A stretch of 64,000 nt of DNA from Gemmatimonadota bacterium (GTDB lineage Bacteria > Gemmatimonadota > Gemmatimonadetes > Gemmatimonadales > GWC2-71-9), in contig JBDHAB010000004.1 of the NCBI GenBank assembly GCA_039588295.1, positions 143,006 through 207,005 of the forward strand, given 5' to 3'. Below are positions 47,857-58,255 of the stretch, one piece after another; the stretch's first letter is position 1; each line of letters starts with the position of its first letter. The translations under genes and the position numbers were made by a program. The notes beneath the pieces were generated by a model. That model ran no database searches and had not been told where the DNA came from. It saw only the letters and a program-made list of their open reading frames with translations.

Positions 47857-49394
47857 TCGCTGTCCCCGTCGCGCACGACGTCGAGGGTAAGACGGCCAAT
47901 CAACTGGATCAACTCGACCTGACGGGCGAGACCGCCGACGGTGAATCGGAGGTGGGCGGCGTCGGCTGGGAATTGGCCAAACGTCGGGTCCACCGCCACC
48001 CACTCGTCGAGGTAGACCTCCGGCCACGCGTGATAGTAAAACTTTCCGTCGACATAGACGAGCCCGGCCGCCGTCCGAGCGGGGAGCCCGGCCGCGCGGG
48101 CCAGCGCCACGTACAAGACGGTGTGTTCGTTGCAGTCGCCTCGACGGCTTTCGAGGACCTCCAGCGCGCTCGGGATGCTCACGGTTACCCGTTTGTCGAC
48201 CTCATCGTACACCCACTGGTTGATCAGCTGTGCGGCGCGTGCCGGGTTCCGCGTCCGACCGAGAATTTGCCGAGCCTGGGCTTGGATGCGTGGGTCGTGG
48301 CTCTGCACCAACGGCTCGGGTTGGAGGTAGCGGGCGAACCGCTCGCCAACTGCCGGAACGAACCACCGAGTCCGAAGCTGCTCGCGACGTTCGCGGCGGA
48401 TAACGAGCGTGTCACCGCGCAGTTCCTGCCGACCGCCGCTCAAGTCGTACGCACTCAAGTCGATCCCGCCTACCCGCACCGTGAGCTGCGACAGCGACGC
48501 CGTCGTCAATTCGACGTTGGAGGCGATGGCGGTTTGGCGGATCAGGTCGGTGCTCACGTCCAGGGCAACCCGAGTTGCCTCTCGGCGAACGAAGTTCTCG
48601 AACGCGATCTCGTATGCGGTGCGCTCCATAGTGAAGCCGACGGGCGTCGTCGCGTGGACAATCTGTCCGAGATCGTCGATCCAGGCTTGGACGGTGAAGC
48701 CACCCATCTCCTGACGCACCTGCCACGCGTGCACCGTGTCCCATCGCGCGGCGACCCAGATGGGTTCGTCGCCGATCAACTCGGCGGAGTCCGGTACGAC
48801 AAAGGTGGATTCGGCCGTTACGGTAATCTTCACGTCCCGCTCGGCCAGTTGGAGCGGATCGAATAGCCGCACTGCGTAGGTCTTGCCGACCGCGAGGTTA
48901 CCGCCGAACGCAATGTTGAGCGGTAACAACGCTGGCAACACGACGGGCTGGTCGAGCGGGACTCGCAGATCCTGCGTGTTATCCGCGCTCTCGATTTCTA
49001 TCTCGAGCAGCGTATCGCCCGATACGCGTCCCCGGACTCCGAAGCGGACGTCCTCGCCGCGCAGCGTGGCGTCGAACGTCCTGAGCCGCAGCGACCGGGT
49101 CAGGTTGGCGTTGGTCCGGGCCTCCACCCGCTGCACCGTTCCCAACGCCGGAATGCGCAGGAGCATCTGATCGTGCAGACGGATGGTGTCCTGCAGGGTA
49201 TCGACCAGGCTGGATGCGTACCCGATCTGCTGATCGCCCAGCGTGAGGCGGTAGAACGTGGCACCAGGCGTCACGCTCAGCGCGGCTTCGGCGAGCAGCT
49301 CGGCACGCGGGCGGAAGTACTCCCGGCGGACGAGCCAACCCACGATACCGAGCCAGACGAGAAGGATCGCGGCGGCAAGATGCCGTCGCGTCAT
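47853..49394 (-). CDS. Membrane-anchored transglutaminase-like domain protein
   Basis: GDCNEH, YHAWPEV, WVAVDPT catalytic C-H-D pattern. Confidence 0.88.
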   Translation of the reverse strand: MTRRHLAAAILLVWLGIVGWLVRREYFRPRAELLAEAALSVTPGATFYRLTLGDQQIGYASSLVDTLQDTIRLHDQMLLRIPALGTVQRVEARTNANLTRSLRLRTFDATLRGEDVRFGVRGRVSGDTLLEIEIESADNTQDLRVPLDQPVVLPALLPLNIAFGGNLAVGKTYAVRLFDPLQLAERDVKITVTAESTFVVPDSAELIGDEPIWVAARWDTVHAWQVRQEMGGFTVQAWIDDLGQIVHATTPVGFTMERTAYEIAFENFVRREATRVALDVSTDLIRQTAIASNVELTTASLSQLTVRVGGIDLSAYDLSGGRQELRGDTLVIRRERREQLRTRWFVPAVGERFARYLQPEPLVQSHDPRIQAQARQILGRTRNPARAAQLINQWVYDEVDKRVTVSIPSALEVLESRRGDCNEHTVLYVALARAAGLPARTAAGLVYVDGKFYYHAWPEVYLDEWVAVDPTFGQFPADAAHLRFTVGGLARQVELIQLIGRLTLDVVRDGDSE

Positions 49395-49897
49395 AGCAGG
49401 CTGCGACCCCGAAGGAAGGCTTCCACGATGTCCCGATCCTCTTCCGTTTCCACCACTATACACACTTCCTTGGGGTAAGTGGCGGTCGAGAGGTCGATGG
49501 ACAGCGTATCCACCAGGATTCGGGCAGCGTCCTCGAGTGACAGGTTGCCGGGACCGGTCCCCAGCAGGGGGGTGGTGATGCGCGCGAGCTCCCAGTCCGC
49601 CGCCCGCTGCAACACGCTCGTGATGGCACGACGCACCCCGCTGGGGGTCACGGGTTCCTCGTCGCTCTGGACCACGGCGTGAATGACGAACTCGGCCGAC
49701 AGATCACCGGCGGCCGTGACCACGGCAGCGCCGACGGACAGTCGAACGGGGACGTTGAGCTGTCGCTGGAAGGCCTCGCCTCCCACCTGCTCAAGGTGGC
49801 GGAGGCTGGGTGACACGGGCTCGAGCGTTGCGGATGTGGGGCGAACCACCGCGTCCGCTGCCCGGAACGCGAGGTCGTCCACGACCACGGTGATCAC
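49391..49897 (-). CDS. Macro domain protein (divergent)
   Basis: ADAVV, GAAVVTAAGDLSAEFVIHAV, PLLGTG; lacks the canonical NAAN / GGGV motifs. Confidence 0.8.
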   Translation of the reverse strand: MITVVVDDLAFRAADAVVRPTSATLEPVSPSLRHLEQVGGEAFQRQLNVPVRLSVGAAVVTAAGDLSAEFVIHAVVQSDEEPVTPSGVRRAITSVLQRAADWELARITTPLLGTGPGNLSLEDAARILVDTLSIDLSTATYPKEVCIVVETEEDRDIVEAFLRGRSLL

Positions 49898-50799
49898 CGC
49901 CCGGTGAGCTCTCGTGATCTGCGGTACAGCTGGGCGGCTTCGTCCGGCCGATTCATGCGGTCGAAAACGATGCCCAGGCCGTAGAGCGCCCGATGGTCGT
50001 TGGGGCGAAGCTCGACTGCACGCTGGTAGCAGCGCAGAGCTCCCTCGAGGTCGTCCACGTGGTTCAGCGCCTCGCCAAGGTAGAAGTACGCCGACGGCCG
50101 ACTGGTGTCGAGCTCGATGGCTCGACGTAGGAACGGCACAGCGTCACGCCAGCGCCCCTTGCGCGAAAACACGAGCCCGAGATTGTAGTGGGCCTCGGCG
50201 CTCGCGGGCTCGATGCGCAGGGCGGCGCGGAGATCATCTTCGGCTTCCGGGTAGCGCCCGACCGTTCCGAGTAGTGCACCCCGGTTCACCAACACCTGGG
50301 CGTTTTCGGGCTCCCGCTGGAGACATTGGCCGAATTCGTGGATTGCCTCTTCGCCGTCGCCAGATCGGTCGAGGAGCAAGGCGAGATTGTTGCGCGCCCG
50401 GACATTGCCGGGGTACCGCTCGAGGAGTTCTCGGTAGATCCCCAGTGCTCGAGATGCTTCGCCGTGTGCGGTGGCCTGCCGCGCGGCCCGGTACAGGAGG
50501 TCTTCAGAAGACGGGAGCGCAGGGTCGGCAACGTCCTGTGAGACATCGGGAGAGACGGGGCGGGCTGCCTCCGCGGGATCCTTGGGGGCGGCGACGGGAA
50601 CTGCGACCTCTACGGGAACTGCGACCTCTGGGGGACTCTCTTCGGCGAGCTGGAACGGCACGGACCGGGACGGGGCCGGGGCGTGTTCAGGCTCGATGGG
50701 GCGGTCTGCTAGGTCCCGGCTCGGCACCGTTTCGGCAACGTACGCGGTCTCTCGGGTCTTGTCGCGACGCGCTCGCCGCCGACGCCTCGATCGACTCAT
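49894..50799 (-). CDS. Tetratricopeptide repeat protein
   Basis: About 5-6 TPRs after a Pro-rich N-terminus. Confidence 0.85.
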   Translation of the reverse strand: MSRSRRRRRARRDKTRETAYVAETVPSRDLADRPIEPEHAPAPSRSVPFQLAEESPPEVAVPVEVAVPVAAPKDPAEAARPVSPDVSQDVADPALPSSEDLLYRAARQATAHGEASRALGIYRELLERYPGNVRARNNLALLLDRSGDGEEAIHEFGQCLQREPENAQVLVNRGALLGTVGRYPEAEDDLRAALRIEPASAEAHYNLGLVFSRKGRWRDAVPFLRRAIELDTSRPSAYFYLGEALNHVDDLEGALRCYQRAVELRPNDHRALYGLGIVFDRMNRPDEAAQLYRRSRELTGR

Positions 50800-50813
50800 A
50801 CCCCTCCGCCCTC

Positions 50814-51143
50814 CTAGCTTCCGGTTTCGGATCCGATCCAGTCAAGATACGCCGGCAATCCGCTTGCGATAGGGACGGCCAGGAGCTCGGGAACGTCGTA
50901 CGGATGTGCGGCCGCGACGACGGATCGGAGCTCCTCCCAGCGGTCCCCCCGAGTCTTGAGGATCACCTGGGCCTCCAGTGCTTCTTCAATCTTCCCCTCC
51001 CAGCGATACACCGACGTGACCTGGTTCACTATGGTTCCGCAGGCGACGAGCCGTTGCTCCACGAGATCTCGGATCAAGGTTCGTGCCTGCTCGGCGTCCG
51101 GTAGCGTGGTCAGCACCAGGATCGTGGTCACTGTCTCCGGCAT
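50814..51143 (-). CDS. cutA: Divalent-cation tolerance protein
   Basis: LVAC, SVYRWEGKIE, HPYDVPE, YLDWI. Confidence 0.93.
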   Translation of the reverse strand: MPETVTTILVLTTLPDAEQARTLIRDLVEQRLVACGTIVNQVTSVYRWEGKIEEALEAQVILKTRGDRWEELRSVVAAAHPYDVPELLAVPIASGLPAYLDWIGSETGS

Positions 51144-51271
51144 GGGTTCTCGGCAAAATGCTGGTCAATGGGGAGGGTCAAACTATCCGCCGCTGCGGGG
51201 GCCCGCAAGGCGGCTCCGGCCGACGCCGGGCAATTGACCTGAGGCCCGGGCGCGGCCTAGCTTGGAAGGCT

Positions 51272-54112
51272 ATGCCGAACGAGAACCTCATCGTCCGCGG
51301 CGCTCGTGTCCACAACCTTCAAAACGTGGACGTCGAGATCCCCAGAAACCGTCTGACGGTGATCACCGGGCTGTCCGGCTCCGGGAAATCGTCGCTGGCG
51401 TTCGACACGATTTACGCGGAAGGGCAGCGGCGGTATGTGGAATCGCTCTCCGCCTACGCCCGACAGTTTCTGGGTCTCATGGAAAAGCCCGACGTCGACT
51501 CCATCGAGGGCTTGTCGCCGGCCATCTCGATTGAACAGAAGGCGCCGGGCCACAATCCTCGTTCGACCGTCGGGACCGTGACCGAGATTTACGACTACCT
51601 GCGGCTCCTGTGGGCGCGAGTGGGCGTGCCGCACTGCCCGAACGACGGGTCGCCGATTGCACGCCAGAGCGCCTCGCAGATCACGGACATCGTGCAGGGA
51701 TGGTCGGATGGCACGAAGGTCGAGGTCGTCGCGCCACTGGTGCGTGGCCGCAAAGGCGAATTCAAGGATCTGTTCGAGAGTGCTCGGCGGCAGGGATTCG
51801 TCCGTGTTCGCGTGGACGGAGAGGTGTACGACCTCGCCAGTCCCCCCAAACTCAACCGACGGATCAACCACGATATCGGTCTCGTGGTGGACCGGCTCGT
51901 GGTGCGCGAGGCGGACCGTCGGCGGCTGCATGACTCGATTGAGACGGCGCTCCGCGCTGCCGACGGAATCGTGGAGGTCACCCGGCCTGGGTCGAAGGCC
52001 AAGGCGGTCGTGTTCTCGGAGCGATTCGCGTGCGCCACGTGTGGCTACTCGCTCGCAGAGCTCGAGCCGCGGCAGTTCTCCTTCAACTCCCCATACGGGG
52101 CATGCATCGCATGTGGCGGGTTGGGTGAGCGGCGTGTGGTCAGCCCCGAGCTGGTTCTGGGCGATCATCAGCTCTCACTGCTCGAGGGGGTGATTCTGCC
52201 GTGGGGGGAGCCAAAGGGGTACATCAAGAATGTCGTGCTGCCCACGCTGGCGAAGGAGCTGCGCTTCAAGCTGGCAGCGCCGTGGGCTTCCCTCGGCGAG
52301 GACGTGCAGCAGGCGCTGCTCTACGGCGTTCCCGGCCGAACCTTCCGATTCGGGATGGTGCGGAGCGCCTCGAAACCCTACGAGGCAGAGTGGGAAGGCA
52401 TTCTCCTCAACGTGACGCGGCGCTATCACGACACGAGTTCCGACGCCGTGCGGATGCAGCTCGCCGAGTACATGACCGACGTCCCATGCGAGGTTTGCGG
52501 CGGTCAGCGGCTCAAGGCCGAGAGCCTGAGCGTCCTGGTGCATGGCAGGAGCATCGGTGAGGTCGTGGGCATCCCGGTGGAGCGGGCGCTCGAGTTCTTT
52601 CGGGACGTTCCCCTCCGGGGGAAGGGGAGAAAGGGCATTGATCCGGAGGTCGCCGGACCGATTCTCAAGGAGGTTGTCGATCGGCTCCGGTTCCTGACCG
52701 ATGTCGGGCTCGAGTACCTGACGCTGGGCCGGGCCGCGTCTTCGCTCTCCGGTGGGGAGGCGCAGCGCATTCGGCTCGCGACGCAAATTGGCAGCCGCCT
52801 CGTGGGGGTCCTCTACGTCCTGGACGAACCTTCGGTCGGTCTCCACCCTCGAGACAACGCGCGTCTGCTCGGCACGCTGTTTGGGCTGCGGGACTTGGGC
52901 AACACCGTCGTGGTCGTGGAGCACGATGCCGACACGATTCGGGCGGCGGATCACGTTATTGACCTCGGGCCGCGGGCCGGGCGGGACGGGGGTCAGGTCA
53001 TCGTTGAGGGATCGGTCGGGTCCGTCGAGCAGCACGAAACTTCGCTCACCGGACGATATCTTCGCGGTGAGCTGCGGATCCCCATCCCGTCCTCGCGGCG
53101 CCCGGTTGACCGATCCCGCCTTCTGCAGGTGGTGGGCGCGCGGCAGCACAACCTCGGAGACCTGAGCGTGGAGTTTCCGCTGGGACTGTTCATTACGGTC
53201 ACGGGGGTCTCCGGCTCGGGGAAGTCGACGCTGGTGACCGACATCCTGTATCGAGCCTTGGCGCGCCGGTTCTACCGGGCCAAGCTGGTGCCGGGCGATC
53301 ACGATACGCTCGAAGGGGTCGAGCACATCGACAAGGTGCTCGACATCGATCAGAGCCCCATCGGGAGGACTCCCCGGTCCAATCCGGCGACCTACACCGG
53401 GCTGTTCACTCCGATTCGAGAACTGTACGCGCAGCTCCCGGAGTCCAAGCTTCGGGGCTATGGTCCGGGCCGCTTTTCGTTCAACGTCAAGGGGGGCCGG
53501 TGCGAGTCCTGCCAAGGGGACGGGCTGGTCAAGATCGAGATGCACTTTCTGCCGGACGTCTATGTTCCGTGCGATGTGTGCAAGGGGCGCCGGTACAATC
53601 GGGAGACGCTCGATATCCGGTATCGCGGCAAGTCGATTGCCGACGTGCTGGACATGACGGTCGCGGAGGCCCTCGAGTTTTTCGACCAGCAACCACGGAT
53701 CCGAAACCGCCTCGATCTTCTGAACGATGTCGGGCTCGGATACATCCACCTCGGGCAGAGCGCGACCACACTGTCCGGGGGGGAGGCGCAGCGGGTGAAG
53801 CTCTCGACCGAGCTGAGCAAGCGCGATACGGGACGGACACTCTACATGCTCGACGAGCCGACCACGGGTCTCCACTTCGAGGATGTCCGGCTGCTTCTCG
53901 ATGTACTCCACCGTCTCGTGGACAAGGGCAACACGGTGATAGTGATTGAACACAATCTTGAGGTGGTGAAGACCGCCGATTGGGTGATCGACCTGGGTCC
54001 GGAAGGGGGAGATCGGGGTGGAACCGTCGTCGCGGCGGGCTCGCCGGAGACCGTCGCCCGCAAGGCTCGCTCGTACACCGGCGGCTTCCTCAAGTCGGCG
54101 TTGGGGGCGTAA
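51272..54112 (+). CDS. uvrA: Excinuclease ABC subunit A
   Basis: [30 protein letters not shown], two LSGGEAQR signatures, Zn fingers. Confidence 0.98.
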   Translation: MPNENLIVRGARVHNLQNVDVEIPRNRLTVITGLSGSGKSSLAFDTIYAEGQRRYVESLSAYARQFLGLMEKPDVDSIEGLSPAISIEQKAPGHNPRSTVGTVTEIYDYLRLLWARVGVPHCPNDGSPIARQSASQITDIVQGWSDGTKVEVVAPLVRGRKGEFKDLFESARRQGFVRVRVDGEVYDLASPPKLNRRINHDIGLVVDRLVVREADRRRLHDSIETALRAADGIVEVTRPGSKAKAVVFSERFACATCGYSLAELEPRQFSFNSPYGACIACGGLGERRVVSPELVLGDHQLSLLEGVILPWGEPKGYIKNVVLPTLAKELRFKLAAPWASLGEDVQQALLYGVPGRTFRFGMVRSASKPYEAEWEGILLNVTRRYHDTSSDAVRMQLAEYMTDVPCEVCGGQRLKAESLSVLVHGRSIGEVVGIPVERALEFFRDVPLRGKGRKGIDPEVAGPILKEVVDRLRFLTDVGLEYLTLGRAASSLSGGEAQRIRLATQIGSRLVGVLYVLDEPSVGLHPRDNARLLGTLFGLRDLGNTVVVVEHDADTIRAADHVIDLGPRAGRDGGQVIVEGSVGSVEQHETSLTGRYLRGELRIPIPSSRRPVDRSRLLQVVGARQHNLGDLSVEFPLGLFITVTGVSGSGKSTLVTDILYRALARRFYRAKLVPGDHDTLEGVEHIDKVLDIDQSPIGRTPRSNPATYTGLFTPIRELYAQLPESKLRGYGPGRFSFNVKGGRCESCQGDGLVKIEMHFLPDVYVPCDVCKGRRYNRETLDIRYRGKSIADVLDMTVAEALEFFDQQPRIRNRLDLLNDVGLGYIHLGQSATTLSGGEAQRVKLSTELSKRDTGRTLYMLDEPTTGLHFEDVRLLLDVLHRLVDKGNTVIVIEHNLEVVKTADWVIDLGPEGGDRGGTVVAAGSPETVARKARSYTGGFLKSALGA

Positions 54113-54185
54113 CGCTTTACAATTGCTGCCGAGATGACACTTTTTGAAACGGCGTCCCGTACTGGGGAGCGGAGAAGCGAGGCTC

Positions 54186-54452
54186 GTGAACGATCCTATT
54201 GAAATAGCAGCCGCGATATCGATCATCGCCCTGTCGATTGGTGGCGTGACGGTGCTGGGCATATTCGCCCGCGCCTTGCTGAAGAAGTGGACGCAGCCGA
54301 AGCACTCGTTGGGCCAGGCTGAGGCGCAGGAGCTGCGACACGCGATCGAGCATCTCTCAGCAGAGGTGGGGGATCTCCACGAGCGACTGGATTTTGCCGA
54401 GCGGGTCCTCGCAAACCAGCGGGAGGCACCGCACCTTGGGGAGGGTGGCTAG
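54186..54452 (+). CDS. Small TM + coiled-coil protein, PspB-like, copy 1
   Basis: N-terminal TM; LHERLDFAERVL. Confidence 0.75.
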   Translation: MNDPIEIAAAISIIALSIGGVTVLGIFARALLKKWTQPKHSLGQAEAQELRHAIEHLSAEVGDLHERLDFAERVLANQREAPHLGEGG

Positions 54453-54500
54453 GCGGTGAGCGGTGCTTCCGCGCCGTCGAGCAGTTAGGGAGAGTGTAGG

Positions 54501-54767
54501 ATGGGAGAAATAGCGCCGTTTCTCGTGCCGATCAGCCTGTTCGTGACGGCGGGCGCGGTATTGATCTTTCGGGGACCGTTTGGGAAGGCGCTCGCCGAGC
54601 GGATCAGCGGGCGGGTTCCTCACAGCGATGGGCACGGGACCGAATCGCTGCGAGCCGAAGTGGAGGAGATGCGATACCGCATCACCGAGATGGAAGAGCG
54701 CCTCGACTTCGCGGAGCGAATGCTGGCGCAGCACCGCGACTCGGACCAGCTACCCCCACCGAGGTAG
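54501..54767 (+). CDS. Small TM + coiled-coil protein, PspB-like, copy 2
   Basis: TM; GPFGKALAERI; MEERLDFAERML. Confidence 0.8.
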   Translation: MGEIAPFLVPISLFVTAGAVLIFRGPFGKALAERISGRVPHSDGHGTESLRAEVEEMRYRITEMEERLDFAERMLAQHRDSDQLPPPR

Positions 54768-54770
54768 GGC

Positions 54771-55064
54771 ATGCCAACCTGGCTGTGGATTCAGCAGGTG
54801 GTCTTCCCCATTATGGGGATGGGCATCGGGGTGTTCGTGCTGTACAACGTATTCCGGATCGGGAAATATGCGATCGATCGGAAGCACGAGCTCGAACTGG
54901 CGAAGTCGCAGGGGAACCCGGAAGGGTTCGTGCGGCTCCAGGAGCGGGTCGAGCGGCTCGAGGAGCTGGGCTACCGCCTCCAGGAACTCGAGGAGCGACT
55001 CGACTTCACCGAGCGGGTGCTGGCCCAGGGGCGTGACCGGGGCCGGCTTCCTCCGAAGGACTAG
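54771..55064 (+). CDS. Small TM + coiled-coil protein, PspB-like, copy 3
   Basis: TM; LEERLDFTERVL. Confidence 0.8.
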   Translation: MPTWLWIQQVVFPIMGMGIGVFVLYNVFRIGKYAIDRKHELELAKSQGNPEGFVRLQERVERLEELGYRLQELEERLDFTERVLAQGRDRGRLPPKD

Positions 55065-55067
55065 CCC

Positions 55068-55433
55068 ATGACGACGGCGCAGGTCGAAGTCTTCCCGGTA
55101 CCGCCCCTCCCACCTCAGGTCGGCGCGGTCATGATCTTCAACGAGATCATCCTACCTCTCATCGGGGTCGCATTCGGCGGCCTAGTGCTGTGGGGGCTGT
55201 ACCGTACCGTCAACCGGTATCTCGAGCGTCGTCACGGCGCCGCTCACGGTGGTGAGCTCGAGGCAATGCAGAGTGAAGTCGAGCAGCTCCGCTCCCAAAC
55301 TGCCGGTGTGGAGCACTTGGCGCTGCGGGTTGGCGAGCTGGAGGAACGTCTCGATTTTGCGGAGCGGCTCCTCACCCATGAACGGGAGCGCAGAGCGCGA
55401 CTGGGAGCCGGCGATGCCGGTGCGTCGGAGTGA
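55068..55433 (+). CDS. Small TM + coiled-coil protein, PspB-like, copy 4
   Basis: TM; LEERLDFAERLL. Confidence 0.8.
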   Translation: MTTAQVEVFPVPPLPPQVGAVMIFNEIILPLIGVAFGGLVLWGLYRTVNRYLERRHGAAHGGELEAMQSEVEQLRSQTAGVEHLALRVGELEERLDFAERLLTHERERRARLGAGDAGASE

Positions 55434-55488
55434 AGAGTGAATTGGGTGGGTGGCCGGGTCCGGTAGGTGGAGGGGCGGAGTCTGCGGC

Positions 55489-55779
55489 ATGGTGGATCTA
55501 CTAGCGGTGATCTTCCTGTTTGGCGGCGGGACGGCGTTCTTGCTCGCTATCTCGCCGGTCGGCCGCGCGATTGCAGACCGGATTCGATCTGGTGGTGATG
55601 TGGCCGCGGGGCTGGAGTCCGAACAGCTCCGGGAGGCACAGCTCCAGCTGTTGGACGAGATGGAGGTCCTGCGCCGAGACGTGGCCGACATGCAGGAGCG
55701 CCTCGACTTTGCCGAGCGCCTCCTGGCGCAGAATCAGGACCCCGGGGAGCTACCGCCGGGTCCGGACATGTTGCACTGA
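55489..55779 (+). CDS. Small TM + coiled-coil protein, PspB-like, copy 5
   Basis: TM; SPVGRAIADRI; MQERLDFAERLL. Confidence 0.8.
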   Translation: MVDLLAVIFLFGGGTAFLLAISPVGRAIADRIRSGGDVAAGLESEQLREAQLQLLDEMEVLRRDVADMQERLDFAERLLAQNQDPGELPPGPDMLH

Positions 55780-55892
55780 GGCAAGTGGGAAGGCGGGACA
55801 GGTTGGGGTTGTGGTGGTAGATTTCCCTTCGGGGTTGGACGCGCGCGGGCGGGGCATTGTCGGCGTGCCTTATCGACGGGGGTAACAGGCAC

Positions 55893-56669
55893 ATGGGCAT
55901 CTTTCAGCGTCTGGCGACGGTCATAAAGGCCAACATCAACGCACTCATCGGGCGGGCGGAGAACCCCGAGAAGGTGCTCGATCAGCTGCTGCTCGACATG
56001 CGCGGCAACCTGGCCAAGACGAAGCAGGAGGTCGCTACCGCGATCGCGGACGAGAAGAAGCTGCAGGCTCAGGTCGAGAAGGAGAAGAAGGCATCGGAGG
56101 ACTGGGAGCGCCGGGCGATGCTCGCGGTCCAGGAGGGGCGGGACGACCTGGCTAAGCAAGCCTTGATCCGTCACAACGAGCACCTGCAGCATGCGCAGGC
56201 TCTTCACGAGACCTGGGTGCGGCACAAGGGCGATGTGGAGTCGCTCAAGGGATCACTGCGCGAGCTGAACGACAAGATCGAAGATGCGAAGCGCAAGAAG
56301 AACCTCCTCGTGGCGCGGCAGCGTCGGGCAGAAGCGCAGGGGCGCATTCAGGAGACCATGTCCACGATGTCCGACCAGAGCGCCTTCGAGAGTTTCCGGC
56401 GCATGGAGGAGCGCATCGATGACATGGAGCGCCAAGCGCTGGCCGCGTCGGAGCTGGCCGGTGAACTCGAGGGCGATACGCTGAAACAGCAGTTTCAGGC
56501 GCTCGAGTACAACGGGAACGCCGATAATCAGCTCCTTGAGCTGAAGCGCAAGATGGGCTTGCTGACGGCAGGTGAGGGAGAGGAGCGCCGCCAGCTCTCG
56601 GGTGGTGGCGACGAAGACATCGCGGAGGCGGAAGTCGTCGAGGACGATGATGTAGATCACGGCAACTGA
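55893..56669 (+). CDS. pspA: PspA/IM30 (Vipp1, bacterial ESCRT-III) family protein
   Basis: MGIFQRLATVIKANINALIGRAENPEKVLDQ, GRDDLAKQAL, FRRMEERI; acidic C-terminal extension. Confidence 0.93.
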   Translation: MGIFQRLATVIKANINALIGRAENPEKVLDQLLLDMRGNLAKTKQEVATAIADEKKLQAQVEKEKKASEDWERRAMLAVQEGRDDLAKQALIRHNEHLQHAQALHETWVRHKGDVESLKGSLRELNDKIEDAKRKKNLLVARQRRAEAQGRIQETMSTMSDQSAFESFRRMEERIDDMERQALAASELAGELEGDTLKQQFQALEYNGNADNQLLELKRKMGLLTAGEGEERRQLSGGGDEDIAEAEVVEDDDVDHGN

Positions 56670-57793
56670 TGCCATCCCTGGGCGGTCGCAGTCTCGCGGC
56701 GACGTTGGTGCTGCTCTTCGTCGCCGCGCTCCTACTTCTGTTCCTGAGCCGCGTCTCCGAAGTCGCATTCCTGCTCTTCATCGCGGCACTCCTCAGCGTC
56801 TATCTCACGGCACTCACCGACATTCTCGTTCGCCGGACAGGGCTCCCGCGGGCCCTGGCCCTGACCCTGGCCATTCTGCTGACCGTCGCCGGCATCGTCG
56901 GAACCGCCGCGCTCATCGTCCCCCCGGTGGTCGGGCAGGCACAGGAGCTGTTTGCGGCGCTGCCCAACTACGCGCAGGATCTGGAGGGACTGCTCGGCCG
57001 TCTCACCGAGCGGTATCCCGTGCTCCAGGGAACCAGGCTGGGAGCGGAAGGTAGCGGGGTCGTCGAGACGATGATCGACGACGCCACGGATTTCCTGCGT
57101 GGCTCACTGTTCCCGTATCTCACCACGGGCGGCAAGGTGGCCGTCGAGCTCGTCGCTGTCCTCGCGATGGCGATCTATCTGGCCCGCAACCCGGCCGAAT
57201 ACCGCGAAGGGGTGCTCTCACTCGTCCCTCCGAAGTATCGGCAGCTCTCGCGCACGATCCTCACGGATTTGCGGGATACCATGCGGACGTGGATCTGGGC
57301 GCAGCTCCTCGCCATGCTCGTCCTCGGCGCGCTCACGGGAATCGGTCTGTGGATCCTTCGGGTCCCGTACGCGTTGGCGTTTGGCGTGTTTACCGGTGTC
57401 GTGGCCATCGTGCCGTTCTTCGGGACCATTGTCTCCACGTTGCTCCCGGCCCTGCTCATCCTCACGATCGGTGGGTGGGTTCATGCACTGGCGGTGTTGG
57501 GGCTGGGGGTGGGGGTCCATCTGGTCGAGGCGAACATCGTGGCCCCGCTCATCTTCGAGGAGCGGGTGAGTTTGCCCCCGGTGCTCACCATCCTCAGTGT
57601 GTTGGTGATGGCCTCGCTGCTGGGCGTGCTGGGACTCATTGTCGCGGTCCCGTCCCTCGCGGCGGTGATCGTGCTACTGCGACACATCCTGTTCGGTCAG
57701 GTCTACGCGGAGCATGACCTGAGCAGTGTCCCGAAGGCCGTGCTCGTCGAGACGATCACCGGTGAGCGGAAGGTCGTCACCGTCCCCAAGTAA
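56669..57793 (+). CDS. AI-2E (PerM/UPF0118) family transporter
   Basis: Polytopic; IVPFFG, EANIVAP, LGVLGLIVAVP. Confidence 0.88.
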   Translation: MPSLGGRSLAATLVLLFVAALLLLFLSRVSEVAFLLFIAALLSVYLTALTDILVRRTGLPRALALTLAILLTVAGIVGTAALIVPPVVGQAQELFAALPNYAQDLEGLLGRLTERYPVLQGTRLGAEGSGVVETMIDDATDFLRGSLFPYLTTGGKVAVELVAVLAMAIYLARNPAEYREGVLSLVPPKYRQLSRTILTDLRDTMRTWIWAQLLAMLVLGALTGIGLWILRVPYALAFGVFTGVVAIVPFFGTIVSTLLPALLILTIGGWVHALAVLGLGVGVHLVEANIVAPLIFEERVSLPPVLTILSVLVMASLLGVLGLIVAVPSLAAVIVLLRHILFGQVYAEHDLSSVPKAVLVETITGERKVVTVPK

Positions 57794-57954
57794 GCCGCCC
57801 TCGGCCGCGTGGCCGCCACCCACGCGCCACAGCCAACTCGCAAAGAACCGCCCCTCAGCGCGATCCATCGGTGCAACGTCCGGATCAGCCGACCCCTATT
57901 GTGCCGCTGCCTGGTCGGCCACCAGCCACACGCCAAGCGTGGAGGAGGTGCCGC

Positions 57955-58179
57955 ATGAAGCATCTCATCGCGAGCGCGCTGCTCGCGGGAGTGGTGGCGA
58001 TGCTACCGCATCCCGTCCCGGCGGACGCAAGAGAGAAGGACAAACTGGACAAGTGCCTGTTCGAGGCTGTGCAATCATGCGATCGCGATTTTCAGGGGAA
58101 CGACATCTATACGGTCGCCGCACGCGGTTACTGCTACATGATTCGAACCGCAATGTGCCACGTGCTCGATCGCGAATAG
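57955..58179 (+). CDS. Small secreted protein (74 aa) with a twin CX7C motif
   Basis: GGAGGAGG RBS; Sec-like signal ending ADA; CLFEAVQSC and CYMIRTAMC. Confidence 0.7.
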   Translation: MKHLIASALLAGVVAMLPHPVPADAREKDKLDKCLFEAVQSCDRDFQGNDIYTVAARGYCYMIRTAMCHVLDRE

Positions 58180-58255
58180 GGCAGGTGAACACACGACAGC
58201 AACCGGCCAGCCAGGCCTGGGTGGGGAGCCGTGGGCTCCCCACCCCACACAGCCC

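Noticed and set aside
50595..50632. 18-nt tandem duplication encoding EVAVP twice
   Set aside because: Ordinary low-complexity linker in the TPR protein.
52175..54262. Long antisense ORFs (695 aa here; also 15082-16452, 9752-10924, 32122-33405, 49914-51104)
   Set aside because: Shadow ORFs opposite well-supported genes in high-GC DNA, with no recognisable motifs.
54186..55779. CRISPR-like or DNA repeat array (recurring GAGCG.CT.GA.TT.GC.GAGCG)
   Set aside because: The repeats vary at synonymous positions and encode ERLDFAER, so they are paralogous coding motifs. No cas genes are present.
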